From Selaginella moellendorffii (lineage: Eukaryota; Plantae; Lycopodiophyta): a DNA stretch of 64,000 nucleotides. The notes under the pieces are model-generated. The model did no database searches, was not told the DNA's origin, and saw nothing but the letters and a program-made list of their open reading frames with translations. The position numbers were made by a program, and so were the translations under genes. The DNA is taken from the NCBI RefSeq assembly GCF_000143415.4, contig NW_003314273.1, forward strand, positions 1,518,052 to 1,582,051, in the 5' to 3' direction. This document shows positions 1-13,212 of the stretch, piece after piece. Position 1 is the first letter of the stretch, and each line of letters starts with the position of its first letter.

Positions 1-3000
1 CACCCCTTTTGAAGTTAGCACCTTCAGTTAGGGGATTTGTTCCCTTGACTTGCCAATCTCGCTTAGCAAGTCATCTGACCAACATAACATGGTTTCATGC
101 ATAAGAGTGAAAATCCTTGACCATCGACTTTCGTTCAAAACCATCCCTTTAAACACTTTGGAACTACTTCCCTAACCTTGATAGCATTGCTTTATAGGAA
201 GCTTCAAGACCACATTTCTGCTGTGCCACTCTAATTTCATGCGTTCTATAAACCATCTACACTTGGCTTTCTAGGTACTAAGTTACCTAGAATTGTCTTT
301 GGGTACTTTGAAGGAATTTTGTCCCTTATTTTGTTAAGGCCTCTCTTTTTGCAAGCTTTCTAATTGCCATATGGTCTAACATGGACAATTCCATGCTTTA
401 GACTCTTCATGATATCACGGTTGTTATTAACAACATGCTTTAGCACCCACTTGATTCTCCACTCCCCACTTGCCTAACCACTCTTCGTAATAAGTACAAA
501 GCGAGCAATAAGTGAGTCTCTAGAAAAGGGACACAAGAGGACCAACACATGACACGTGGATGAGTCCGAGATGGAGTTTGAGTTGGACCCGATATGGAGT
601 CAGAGATGGAGTCTGAGATGGACTCGAGATGGAGTTCGAGATGGAACCGAGATTGAGACCGAGACCTAGACTAAGACCGAAACCAAGTCCAAGTCCGAGG
701 CCGAGACCGAGACCAAATCCAAGTCCAAGTCCGAATACTAATACAAGCTGTTGGGTGAAAGCCCAAAGCGATCGTCCCCCGGGGGGGGGGGGGGGGGGGG
801 ATGCTGCTGGGGGTTCCAAAAGTATAGTAGGGAGAGTGTGGGGGCTAGAGCCCATTGGAGCCAATTTGGCCAGGAAAGGTTAGTTTGGCCTAGGAAGGCC
901 ATACCCAGCTATTGGGTGATGGGATGACCATTGAGAAGTTAAGGGCTAGAGTGAATATAGACCGACAAGCGGGGTATCTTGGTGAAGTGTTCAAGAGCCA
1001 GCTCTAGTTTCCCCGGGAGATCGAATGGTCGATTCTCCCAATCCAAGTATGGGTGGCAATACTTACTTGGATACCTGGTGTGGCTCAACGAAACCTCGCT
1101 CTAAGCCCATGGCTAGAGCACCCAAAGGTGGAAGGCAGGGAACCATGAGGCTTGCGAAGGGCCACGGTGTTCCGAAATGTTGTCCCAAAGTCCTAGATTG
1201 TGAAAAGGAAGAGGAGCAGTCCTTTGGTGTAGAGACCAAGGATACGGTCATGGGAGGAGGAAGTCCCAGAGGACTGTGGTGTAAGCTCCTGAGTTTGGAC
1301 TTCCCGGGAGGTCACCCAGCCCAGTACTATTCAAACCCAAGGACGCTTAACCCCAAATATCCCAAGACCCTTAACCGATTGGAAAAGGAGGTGCACTCTT
1401 ATTCATGGGCCCTTTCCCTTTATATTTGAACCCCATAAATCGTCTCTCAAGTCGTTCTCTTTGGTTGCTTACACGTGGGACTTAGTGGTCAGGCCTGTGT
1501 GCCTTGATCCAGTGGCAGTGTTGGCGAACACAACCGTGGACAGAAAGGGACTTGGTGGGGACCAAAAAAGGGATATTGGAGAAGGTTATTCCCCATGCCT
1601 GCGGGCATTCTAAGGGTGTTAAAGAATGGATCTGGGATGATCACTCATGGATGGATGGCCTAATCTTTTAGAGACAAGATTGTGATGCAGGTGGCATTAG
1701 ACCACCGGTGTAACCAAGGTGAAGGGGCATGGCCTTAGTGTAGCGAGCTAATATGTCAGTGGTACCTTGAGGTGTCAGTCATGGGATCGGACATGTGGAA
1801 CACTTGGGCCAAGTGTAAAGTTTGAGTGGCAGGGATGCCATTCTCGGGGCTAGCAAGCTTAAGTCCGGAATAGGACTTATGGAGGTTGTGAGTGAGACTC
1901 CTCCAAGTGGTTGGAGGTGTGGTTAAGTGACTAAACTAGAATGAAAAAATTAATTACTTACAATTTGGTATTAGAGCTATTTCTTAGTCCGACTCTTATT
2001 GGTGCCCAAGTATATCACCACTTGTATTGGAATTGGAAGGTCCTACGTATGGACCTATCCTCGGGAGTAGCATGTTGAGAGGATATGGCTCCCCACTCAA
2101 GTTCATGCGTGAACTTGTGCGCAATGTGGTGGATGGAAAAGGGCCAATAAGGAAACGACTTTGGGATCTTGGGAACAGTATAAGGTTTTTCTCAGAGAGT
2201 TGAGGATGTGATCCAGATGAGCATTTGACTTAGCAAACTGACTAATGTAGTTATGGTAAACAACTATAGTTGGGATTACGGGAAAGATAAAGACTCCAAA
2301 GCAATAAAGGAGTCACAAAATTATCCTCATATAGTTGAGGTTGGTGCTCATGAATGTGAGACCACAATTAATGACTGTGAGAGGTCAAATATAGAAGAGG
2401 ACACAAGTCCTTGAAATGGTAGCTGGGGCTACCTTCAATAAATGCTGGAACAACCCAAGGAGTTGGGGGTGTACTTAGAGGATGAGTTGGTATTCTCATC
2501 ACATAGATAAGTAATCTTAAGGGGCAAAGGTTACCCCTAGAGAACAAAATCATGTGTTAGAGTAACACTTGCAAAGATGGTCCTTGTGAGTAGAACATGA
2601 ATACAAGAAGTATTCCAGCGAGCTAACACCTCAAAATAGGACCTTATAAATTAGATTATAAAGTCCAAAAATGCTAGATGACTCAAGTAGAGTCAAAGAA
2701 TAGTCCTAAGGGATTTGTAAAAGCATTTGGACTAAGGTGTGTTCTACCCCACAAAGAAGGGGGAGGATCATAAGATCCAAGTATGAGAACAGTGGGTATC
2801 TCATTGATGGCAAAATGTGCCATACTAAAGTCGTGGGAAAAGTGTTCCTAGAAGAAAACAACTTTGACACAAAGTTGTATGTAAACTCTATAATGCAGTG
2901 CTAATGGATAATTGGCATAAGAAAGGACCGTATTGGTTTTGGCAAGGACCTAGACGTAAAAGTGTTATAAAGGTAGGCTCGTGGAGCCAATGGTGTGGAG

Positions 3001-3958
3001 ACACCAAATGTGCCAAGGTGTGATGCCTTGAGGTCAGATTGCCAGGTTCATGAAAACCCCTTCCTAAAGAAATCCTAATGGAAATAGGAATGGCATAGCC
3101 TAAGCTGGAAGGCATACAGTTGGAGTGTGGTGACCTAAGTAATGATGGAGGTGTGGAAGCACCAGCAATGAGTTGTAGGACTTGACAACTATGAGGCAAC
3201 TAAACAAAAGGTGTAAAATAATTGGTTAAATTAATAGAAGGTAACTATTTAAGACTTCAAGGATAAGGAAGTTAGATATATCTTTATGGGGGATAAATTG
3301 CTTATGTTGCGATATAGTAAGTCAATATCATAAAGGGAATGCTCATTGTTAAATAAGGCCATCATTGGGACACCCAAACACTCTAGAACACCAAGAGGTG
3401 GTGTTGGTGTCGTGAATAGACAAAGCCCAAGGGACTAAGTCCTTAGCAAATAATGGATAGGAGGTACTATCTAAACGTCCAAGGTTGTGGAGATAAGAGA
3501 AGTTTGTCTACCCAAATTGGACAAAGCCTAAAATGGGATCTTGGCAAGGCTAGTGATGGGCATATAAAGGCCCATAAGTAGCAACATTAATCCCAGTATG
3601 TGGGATTATAAGGTGAGCACACCCGGATCGAGGAACCACTCCCTAGGCTATTAGGTAGGTTCATCTCTATGAATACTTGCTAAGGCATAGTAGAAAGTGT
3701 AAATCTATCCTCCTATTCTAGAGGAGAATAATCGAAGGAAATGTGTGAAGCCCAAAGCTAGTAAGGGGATAGAACCGAAACATAGGAATTGAAAGGCATA
3801 ACGCTTGAGCACTTCATTGGGAGTTCCACTCCCGCTCTCGACCTTTCAAGTCAGAGCTTTTAGTCCAAACATGTTATGCTTGTTTGGCTTTCACTTCGGA
3901 CACCACCATGTGGTGCCCTTTCGACTCCACTTTGGGGCTTAGGGATTTGTGTCTCACA
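1..3958. mobile_element. Partial copy of LTR family A (degenerate internal region plus LTR) carrying an internal ~3.3-kb inversion
   Basis: 1-~487 matches family A internal sequence at ~17490-17970. ~488-3803 is the reverse complement of ~18000-21165, including the LTR end near 1962 and PBS TGGTATTAGAGC. ~3805-3958 resumes the LTR tail (...GATTTGTGTCTCACA) in the original orientation. Confidence 0.8.
1280..1473 (-). mobile_element. Cassandra-type TRIM solo LTR (194 bp) with a 5S rRNA-derived segment
   Basis: TGTAAG...CTTACA termini; near-identical to the LTRs at 56063-56256 and 56462-56655; imperfect TSD TGTGG/CGTGG; minus strand reads GTTAAGCGTCCTTGGG...AGTACTGGGCTGGGTGACCTCCCGGGAAGTCC (5S box A/IE/C region). 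Confidence 0.88.
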
Positions 3959-5100
3959 GCTAACTTTACGAAAGGAAGAGTTAGTGATTGATATTGAAGT
4001 TATTGAATCCTTATTGGATTTGAGTTAAAATATATGGATTATTAATGATTCTTTTATACTTTTTATAAAGTGAATTACGTCTTACTATAGATGGATTCAT
4101 GATGGATCGTTTGGTGATCATTTGTTGAACATAGCTTTGTTATGCTTGGTTTTTGGATTGATGCAGACATGCTTTTCATTAACTTTGGTATTATGAAGTT
4201 TGGCTTATGGATGTGTTGAGAACGATATTATGGGTTGTACTATGAGTTTTTCTTTAGCATTAAAATTAGTTTATGTGAAACTTGTGATCATTGTTTTGAG
4301 AGACTTGGATATAGACTTCTTTAAGCTTTTAGTTCTTTGAATTTTATGCTCATTGTTCCATTTGTTAGAAGTTGTTAGGAAAGGTATTTTCGGCTCATTA
4401 ACTTCGATGTTGAAGTCAGTATTTGCATCTAGCAATCATTAGTGATGATTGACTATCATCTAAGATAATTGATTATTCTTGTCCAAAGTTTTACTTGATT
4501 ATTATTGATATAGAATGATTTATCGTTCTTTGGGATGTTGGATTCCTTCTTCAATGATAATTATGCATCTCTATTTATAGGATAATTGATGATCTTTCAT
4601 GATAGTTAGTTAATCTCTTTGATGGCATATGACTTTTCATAATACCACATGTTCTTTGTGGTTTACTTTGGATTGGTCTCTAGTTTGAGATATTGGTAGA
4701 ATGTTACTGACGCTTGCTTGAGCAATTCTAGTTCCTCGGTATTGTTGATTGGGATCTATACAGATTAACTATTGCAATAGTTGACATGAATGAGTATTTA
4801 TTGGTCTTGCTACATTTATTTTGTTCTATTGATTGTTGTTATGGTTAATTTTGATAAATTTAATATTATTTCCTTCGGGTGATACATTCACAAGCATTTT
4901 TCTTGCCAGTCAATGATATTTTATATTATTTTAGCTATCTTTTGTAAGTTGTTTGGCATATTATCTACAATCTTTGGTAGTTAAGCTTTATCATTGAGTT
5001 TTCTTGATGATACAATTGCTATTGAATTTTGTTGGGTGGTGAATTCTATATTTTTCAACTATAGTGATTTTGGTGGTTCCTATACTCTAATACTAGTTTA

Positions 5101-5754
5101 TCACCAAGGGGAACATATAGCAAAGGGAAATTCAAGAAGAGTTTCTCTAAGAATGAGTCTTCGAGGTTCCGAAAAAGCAAATCCGGTGGCTAGCGAGCAA
5201 GTACGTGGGGGAGTCAAGCAAAAAGAGACAAACCCATGGATAAGAAGGTCAAGTTTTTTAACAGCGTGGGAAACAACGTATGCTACAACTGCGGTGAAGT
5301 GGGACACTTTTCGAGGGAATGTCCTTACCCGAAGAAGGCCAGAGCCAATATGGCCATTAAGTCATGTGAAGTCCAAATTGAGGTATGTGATCCAGTCCCT
5401 AGCTCAAAGTTACTCATTACACGAGCAACTTTGGTAGAGAGTCATTTGTGACATCTACTAGCCCTCTGAGGGAAGCTCGGAGGTAGCTTTGTTAAGATCC
5501 TTATTGACACGGGTGCTTCAGATAATTTTGTGGCTGCAGACATAGTTCGGCAAGCCGGACTACTGGTGCAGCGGCTGAGCGAACCAAGGACTATAGAGTT
5601 TGTTCAAGGTAGCCAAAGCACCGATGAGGTACTTCGACAAGCGAGATTCGAAGTAGGGACTTGGAAAGTAGACATGGATTTCACCGTGTTGGACATGGCG
5701 GGATTTGACGTGATCTTCAGGATGGATTGGTTCAATTGGTTCATGGTAGCCCTG
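5101..5754 (+). pseudogene. Ty3/Gypsy gag C-terminus (zinc knuckle) and aspartic protease remnant, interrupted by family A element and resuming at 21325
   Basis: CYNCGEVGHFSREC knuckle; LIDTGAS protease motif near 5500-5520; DVIFRMDW motif; reading continues after the TSD as HGQGRNLVILVN at 21325. Confidence 0.8.
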
Positions 5755-7425
5755 TGTAAGCGACTAATTTTTCCATTTTACTTTAGTCACTTAATTGCAC
5801 CTCCGACCACTTGGAGGAGTCTCACTCACAACCTCCGTAAGTCCTATTTTGGACTTGGGCTTACTAGCCCCGAGAATAGCATCCCCGCCACTCAACCTAT
5901 GCACTTGGTCCAAGTGCTCTACGTGCCCGATCCCATGACTGACACCCCAAGGTACCACTAACATATCAGCCTGTTACGCTATGGCCATGTCCATTCACCT
6001 TCGTCACAACGATGGTCTGACACCACCTGCATCCCAGTCCTATCACTCAAAGACTGGGCCATCCATCCACGAGTGATCATCCCAGATCCACTCCTTAGCA
6101 TCCTTAGGATGCCCACAGACATGGGGATTAGCCTTCCCAATATCTCCGTTCCAGTCCCCACCAAGTCCCTTTTCATCCTTGGCCGTGCTCGCCAACACTG
6201 CCACTGGATCAAGGCCCATGGGCCCGACCACTAAGTCCCACTGTCCTCTAGGACTTCCTCCCTATGTGACCGTGTCTTTGGTCACCACACCAGAGGACTA
6301 CTCCTCTTCCTTTCCATAGTCTGGGACTTTGGGACGACATTTCGGAACACCGTGGCCCTACACGGGCCTCGTGGGTACTCTCCCTGCCTTTCGCCTTTAG
6401 GTGCTCTAGCCATGGGCTTAGAGCGAGGTTGCATTGAGCCACACTAGGTATCCAAGTAGGTAGTGCCACCCACACTTGGACTGGGAGCATCGGCCAGACG
6501 ATCTCCCGGGGGAACTAGAGCCGGCTCTTGAACACTTCACCAAGCTACCCCGCTTGTCAGTCCATGTTCACTCTAGTCTTGGACTTCCCAGTGGTCAGCT
6601 CATCACCCAACACTGGGTGCAGCCTCTCTGGGCCAAACTGGCCTTTCCTGGCCAAACTGGCTCCACTGCAGTCCTCCCCCTTACTATACTTTTGGAGCTC
6701 ACCAAACCCCCCAGGGTCTGGGAGACGAACGCTTTGGGCTTTCACCCTCTCAGACTTGAACTCGGACTCGGACTCGGACTCGGACTCGGACTCGGACTCG
6801 GACTCGGACTCGGACTCGGACTCGGACTCGGACTCGGACTCGGACTCGGACTCGGACTCGGACTCGGACTCGGACTCGGACTCGGACTCGGACTCGGACT
6901 CGGACTCGGTCTCGGTCCCGATCTCGGTCTCGCTCTTGGTCTCGGTCTCGGTCTCAGTCTCGGTCTCGACCTCGGACTCCATCTCGGATTCCGTCTCGGG
7001 TCCATCTCAGACTCCGTCTCGGTCCACCTCAGACTTCGTCTCGGACTCCATCTCGGACTCCATCTTGGTCCATCTCGGACTCCGTCTCGGTCCACCTCGG
7101 ACTTCGTCTCGGACTCCATCTCGAACTCCGTCTTAGTCCATCTCGGACTCCATCTTGGACTCCGTCTCGGTCCACCTCGGACTCCATCTCGGACTCCTCC
7201 ACGTGTCATGTGTTGGTCCTTTTGGGTCCCTTTTTGGAGCCTCGCTTATTGCTTGCTTCATGCTTGTTCCTTGAGCACTCCGTTGGGAGTTCCACTCCCG
7301 CTCTCAACCTCTCAAGTCGGAGTCTTTTAGTCCAAACGTGTTACGCTCGTTTGGCTTTTGCTTTGGCCACTACCACGTGGCACCCTTTCGGCTCCACTTT
7401 GGGGCTTAGGGATTTGTGTCTCACA
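5755..7425 (-). repeat. 3' LTR of family A element (1.67 kb)
   Basis: TGTAAGCGAC...GTGTCTCACA; near-identical to 19843-21319 apart from the repeat arrays. Confidence 0.92.
6761..7195. repeat. (CTCGGA)n hexamer array (about 24 perfect units, 6761-6904) followed by CTCGGT units and degenerate 12-mer GGACTCCATCTC units
   Basis: Directly visible; source of the spurious SD/LG/ES-repeat ORFs. Confidence 0.95.
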
Positions 7426-8849
7426 ACTCCACCACCCATAGACAAAGTTCGATGTCCTCATCAAACGGTAAACACTTTTACAAAGTAACACCCGCATGTA
7501 TTACCATTTCCATCCTTGGCACTCAGCCAATATTTGTCTATGGTTTGACACCAAAGGCTCACCATGCCTTGTTTATCCTCTAAGGAGCATAGTCTCTCTA
7601 ACATAGAGACTCATTCGACCATCTGGGGTGGTTTGCTCCCTTTTATTGGTTCAGTTCTTGCTAAACCCGTTAGAGACTCTCTGGAGAACTACAAAATCAC
7701 CTCTACAATGATCTTGTGAATAAGTGGAGAACTACAAAATCACCTCTACAATGATCTTGTGAATCCTCTCTAATCTAAACTAAATCCAAACATAAAAAGG
7801 AAAGAAATACTTAGCCATGTGCTATTGCAAAGATGTTGATGTTGAGATTGATGCACATCTCACAGCCTTGATCCCCAGAAGGCAGTGAGTAAGATAGGCA
7901 TGGAAGAGAAGAGTAGATATTGAGCAAGTGGAGTGTATGTTATTATGGCCAAGCATATAAAAAGATAGAAAGGGGATAGGTCTGGCGTGCTATCACCAGC
8001 CTATATAACCACTACATGCCCAATCATCCAAGTCAAGAATTTAGACCGGGAGAAATCCTGATCTCAATTCCTAACTCAGAAAATGCCTTTGTGCGAAAAT
8101 CATGATGCAAAATGCATGTACCTCTCTACTCTCCGACGACTAGAGTTGAGCGGCTCCTGCAGCTCAAGCTTCCATTGTGGTGGTAGTAGCAGTTGTGGTG
8201 TTAGCCTCTGGTTCTTCCTCGTAGTCCTCAAGCTCATCGCGGGTGTAGTTCTTTATGGCAGTCTCGAGCACTGTAGTTGGGCCTTGAGCTCCATGTTCTC
8301 TTTGGTGAGGCGGGCATTCTCAAGTTGGTACTGTTGCGCTAATTCAAAAGATTCTCGGTAGGTGTTTGGTGTTGGGAGTCCGTGAGCTTGTATAGTGCGA
8401 AGGATTCCCTTTACCTGATCGAGTTCCAGAGCCATGCTCGCCATTTTCTCCTCGTGTGGGCGTGCAAAAACATTGCGGAAGAAGCTCTCCATTCCGTCCC
8501 GTGTGTACACCGCCATGTTGGAGTTATGGTACTGCTCCAGGAAGTTTGTAGGCATGGGACGGATCACTTTCGGCTGCTGCTGGTCCTGATGATGATGCTC
8601 CTGCTGCTCCGAATTGTAGTGGTGGCGCTTGTTGTTCACGCGCTCGTGATGAAATTGGCGTTGCATTGTTGAACGAGGCGGCTGCATGTTGTCGGCAGTG
8701 GTGTCTGAAGCAAATGTCTGTTGCAGCTCATCTGGCTGCTATAGCTCGGTTGGCTGCTGCGGCAAAAGATGGCTGCTCCTCAGCACGCTGGTGTGGTGAA
8801 GATGGCTGCTCAGCATTCTGTGGCAACGAATGTTGGTGCTGCTCGACGA

Positions 8850-11200
8850 ATTGTTTCCTTTGATCTTGCGTGGTACATGATGTGGGAACTGTTGTAGTTG
8901 TTAAATAATTAAAGATTTCTTGAAGTGTATCGTGGGTGGTAATCTTAAAAAGATGTGAATCAGGTAAGTCATCATTGGGGTCTTGTATATTTTCTCCAGT
9001 TGTAATTCTACTGAAATGATCAGCTTGTTCATGGTATTTGCTTGGTTTGTGAACTATTTCAAAATTGAATTCTTGTAATAACAAAAACCATCTTGCTATT
9101 CGTCAGCTAAGGATGGGTTTGTTGAGTAGATGAATCAATGCTTGATGATCAACGAATATTTTGACTTTGTTGGAAAGTAAATAATGTCGGAATTTGGTTA
9201 AGGCATATATCATGCCTAAGGCTTCTTTTTCTGTGGTTGTATAATTCATTTCAGGTGGAGAAAGTCGTCGACTTGCATAATATATTGGGTGATCACGATG
9301 ATCATCTTTTCATTGGCACAGAATTGCTCCTAGCGCATAGTCAGAAGCATCAACTTGTACGAGAAATTCTTGAGTCCAGTTTGGTTGGACCAAAATTGGT
9401 GCTTGTGTAAGTTTTTCTTTAAGTATCAAGAATGCTTGCTAACATTCTTGAGTCCAGTGATAGAATTTGTCTTTCTTAAGTAACTTAGTTAATGGTGTAG
9501 CAACTTGGGCATAGTCTTTGATAAATCTTCTATGGTAACCCATCTTGCCCAGAAAACTGCGCAAGCTTTTAAGATCATGAGGTGGTTGCATTTTCATAAT
9601 GACGTCGTTTTTAGCTTTATTGATTTGAATGCCTTGAGTGGAAACAATGTGGCCAAGTAGTATGCCAGATTTAACAAAGAAAGTACATTTTTCAGGATTT
9701 AGAGCAACTTGGTTTTGTCTGCATTTGATAAAACATTTCTCGAGGTATTCAAGGTGTTTGTCTTTAGGTCCAAAGACACTAAAATCATCCATAAAGACTC
9801 GCATGAAATCTGTGAGATAATCTTGGAAGGTATCGGTAATGATCCGTTGAAATGTAAATGGGGCATTGGTTAATCCAAATGGCATTCGCATGTATGTGTA
9901 TGCTCCCCATGGACTTATGAAAGCTGTTTTATGTTGATCCTCGACAGCTATATGTACTTGATTGTAGCCTGAAAAACCGTCAAGAAATGAGTACATCTCA
10001 TGTCCGGCAACGGCATCAAGTATTTCATCTGAAAATGGGATGGGAAAGGCATCTTTCGTTGTGGCATCATTTAACTTCTTGTAGTTTACACAGATACGTA
10101 ATTTCCCATTTTTCTTGGGTACAATGACTAAAGGTGATAACCATTGGGCATTTTGTATTGGATATATGAATCCTGCTTCAAGGAGCTTGTTAATTTCAGC
10201 TTTTACTTTCTCAGCGAATGTTGGATTCATCCGGTAAGCAGTTTGTTTAATAGGTCGAACTCTTGGAAGTAATTCGATTCGATGTGTACATAATTCAGGT
10301 GGTATACCCTTGAGGTCTTTATATGACTACGCAAAGACATCTTTATACTTAGTAAGGAGCATAATAGCCTCAAGTTTAAATGGTTTGTCAAGTTGTGTAG
10401 TTATTAAGATGTTTTGTGGGTTTGAGGGAACCCCTAGATTTAATTCTTCAATATCTTCATTGATATTTACACGAAGTTTGAATTCTTGATTTTCAATGGT
10501 AAGTGCGGATTCGTCTTGTATATCTAGGTGATATTCCGTAGTTTGTAGTTGTTCGGGTTGTATTGCTGGTTTTGCTTTTTGTATGGTACTTTTTGTTGTA
10601 TGTTTCTTCTTTAAATGAGGTTGTTTTGAATCTTCATAGTCTTGACACTTGGTTATAGGGAGTATCCTGTTGAGGTCAATTTCTTGAATTGCCTTAAGTT
10701 CAGGATATGCTTCAAATAATTTAGCTTCTTCAAGATCGTCTAAGCCTTCTTGTCAATTGTATTCTTGAACTTGTGTTGGTTGGAAACTTCTTAAGATTTT
10801 CTTGCTTGTCAATGTTGATATTTTAGTTTGTCCTTGTTGGGATTGGATACATATCTCATGTTCCATCCAATACTGTGCAGAAACAGCTTTGTTAAGCCAA
10901 GGTCTGCCTAACAAGATTTCGTAAGAAGATTCTTCAATCGGCATTTTTAACACAACAAAGTTAACTTTAAATTTATGTCCTTTGACTGTCATAGAGACAT
11001 CACGAATGATGCCTGTTGGTCTGACAACTCTTTGATCAGCTATGCGTACATTGAATGGTGCAGCTTGTATATTGCCCAATCCTAAAGCTTTGCATAGTGC
11101 ATATTCAATGATATTAGCCCCAGAACCTCCATCAAGGATAACTCTTTCAATATGATTTTTGCCGATGTGTACATTGATACAAGGTACATTATCATCATAA
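8850..11200 (-). pseudogene. pol: Pol of element B: protease, RT and RNase H with stops; truncated before integrase
   Basis: ILDGGSGANI protease motif near 11110-11140; RT motifs LDGFSGYNQV, MPFGLTNAP, FMDD (9439-10230); RNase H DASDY...YFASR...LLQEF. Confidence 0.9.
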
Positions 11201-11823
11201 TCACCAGGTTGGATTCTTTTAGCTTGTTCTTGTTGTGTTGGTTGAGATTGGTGTTTTTCTTGTGTGCAAGCTTCAAGGATCCTTCAATTACAGATCTTCA
11301 AGATTTGGTCTTTCATATATGGTGCTATTTGCAGTATTTGTTGTAGGGTTAAAGTAATTCCCTGCTGTAGTATGTGCTCAGCAATGGTTGTATGTTCATC
11401 TTGAGTAAAGCTTAATACTTGAGTTTGGTTGTCTTGATTGTATATTTGATCATTAATAATTTCGGGATCTTTGTTTTGAAGCTCTTGTTGTATGGTGTTA
11501 AGTATTTTCTTACTCTTTTTCCACTTGGTATTCTCAATTTCTATCGCGTGATCACTTTCATCTTGTTCTTCATAATTATCAGGTTGTTGACATTCATATT
11601 GTGTTCTAGTGATTGCCAAAACTTCTGGTTCTTCAATCATTAGTTGTTCTTCAACTTCTCCTTGAACTACTCGTGCTGCTGGTGGTCTTCCAGTAGGAGG
11701 TTGATTGACTCTTTGGTTTTGTGGATTGTATTATTGTCGAATTTGATTTTCTTGTGGTTGATTTTGTCTTGGTTGATAATGCTATTGCAAGGCTTGATTG
11801 TTGTAATTGTTATATTGCCTTTG

Positions 11824-13212
11824 TTAGCTTTGGTTGTAGTTGTTCCATTGTGGACGTTGATAATTGTTTTGGTGTCCATTGTATCGTTGTTGGTTGTAAT
11901 TGCTTCTATAATCATTTTGTCCTTGATTATAGTCTTGATTTTGTGGGGGATTATATCCACGATTATATCCTTGATTATATTGTTGATTATCTTGATAATA
12001 ATAGTTTCTTGGTGGTCTCTGTTCTTGATTGTTGTTTCCTTGATAATTTTGTCGTGGTGTTCCTCGTTGAACATTTTCTACTCTTGAAACTTCGGTGGTA
12101 TTCCTATATCGACAATTCTTGGCTATATGTCCTTCTCTATCATAAATTTGACATTTGGGTAATTGGAATTTACAGTCTGAAATAGAATGTCCTTCATTTT
12201 TGCATTTTGTACAAAAGACTCTTTGTTTAAGTTCCGTTGAGGCTATCTTCTTCAATACATGTCTAATGTCTTTTCCCTGTGTCTGTTTCATTTTGGTCCT
12301 AATTAGTATTTCTTCCTCTTCATCATCCGAGTCATCGTTAACATAAGAAGATTCACCTTTAGTGAACTGCTTAAACCGTTTCTCAAGTTTTAAGATTCCT
12401 TGAGATAGTGCATCAACACTTTCTTCATCTGGTGTATCAGCCAATGCAATCATGTTGCGATAGGCTTCTCGTAATCCTTGTACATAAGACAAACTCTTGC
12501 CTTTGTCGGTAATGAGATCTTTACATTTCTTTGCATGTAATTTGAATCGTCTAATATAGTTTTGAATTCCTTCCCTTGGTCGCTGTTTTATATTCTTAAT
12601 GTGCTCATAATGCTCCTCTGGTGTTCCTCCAGCTGGGAATTGTTCCTTGAATTGTTCAAGTTTCTCGTCATGTGGTACAGAATCCTCTAGAGTATTATAC
12701 CACTCAAGAGCTTTTCTTTTAAGTGTGTATGGGAAAAGTATGTCTTGATGCTGTTCTTGATTGTTCATTTTGACAATTTGGTTGAATTGTTTTACATGTA
12801 ATTCTGAATCTTCTGTCTTACTTCCTGTGAAAATTGGATATGTAACCATGCTTCCAATTGTACTCATCGGATTAATGATTGCCATAGACCGTTGTAGACT
12901 TTGTTGGTTGAGTTGTTGTTCTGGCGAGTCCAGATTTGAGTAATCTGGTGCTATGTATTTTGCTTCTTCAAATGTCTCAAACTCTGGGGTGTCTTTGATA
13001 TTCAATTCTTTATTATCTTTAACTGGGTTGCTCGACTTGGCAACTTGAATTTGTTTATCCTCTTTGTCGTACTTGTTTAAAATCATTTCTAAAATTTGTT
13101 GCTGTTGTTGTTCTAATTTCTCTTTTACTACCTCTTCCTTTTTCACTTCTCGATTCTTTTGTCGAAGATCTCTTTCTCGGATCTTGATTGGGTCTGGTTT
13201 CTGTTTGTACAT
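11824..13212 (-). pseudogene. gag: Gag of element B (retrotransposon gag domain, two zinc knuckles, N/Q/Y-rich tail)
   Basis: FPYTLKRKALEWY and KQRPREGIQNYIRRF gag motifs; CTKCKNEGHSISDC knuckle plus a second degenerate knuckle. Confidence 0.88.

Noticed and set aside
3959-5100. AT-rich stretch as a gene or regulatory region
   Set aside because: No ORF or motif; probably decayed TE sequence.
6476-7330. ORFs with SD/LG/ES/PS dipeptide repeats resembling staphylococcal Sdr/Clf adhesins (also at 520-883, 20565-21224, 34390-34749, 55329-56123, 59880-60632, 61756-62248)
   Set aside because: They are translations of stop-free hexamer and 12-mer arrays inside LTRs, open in most frames.
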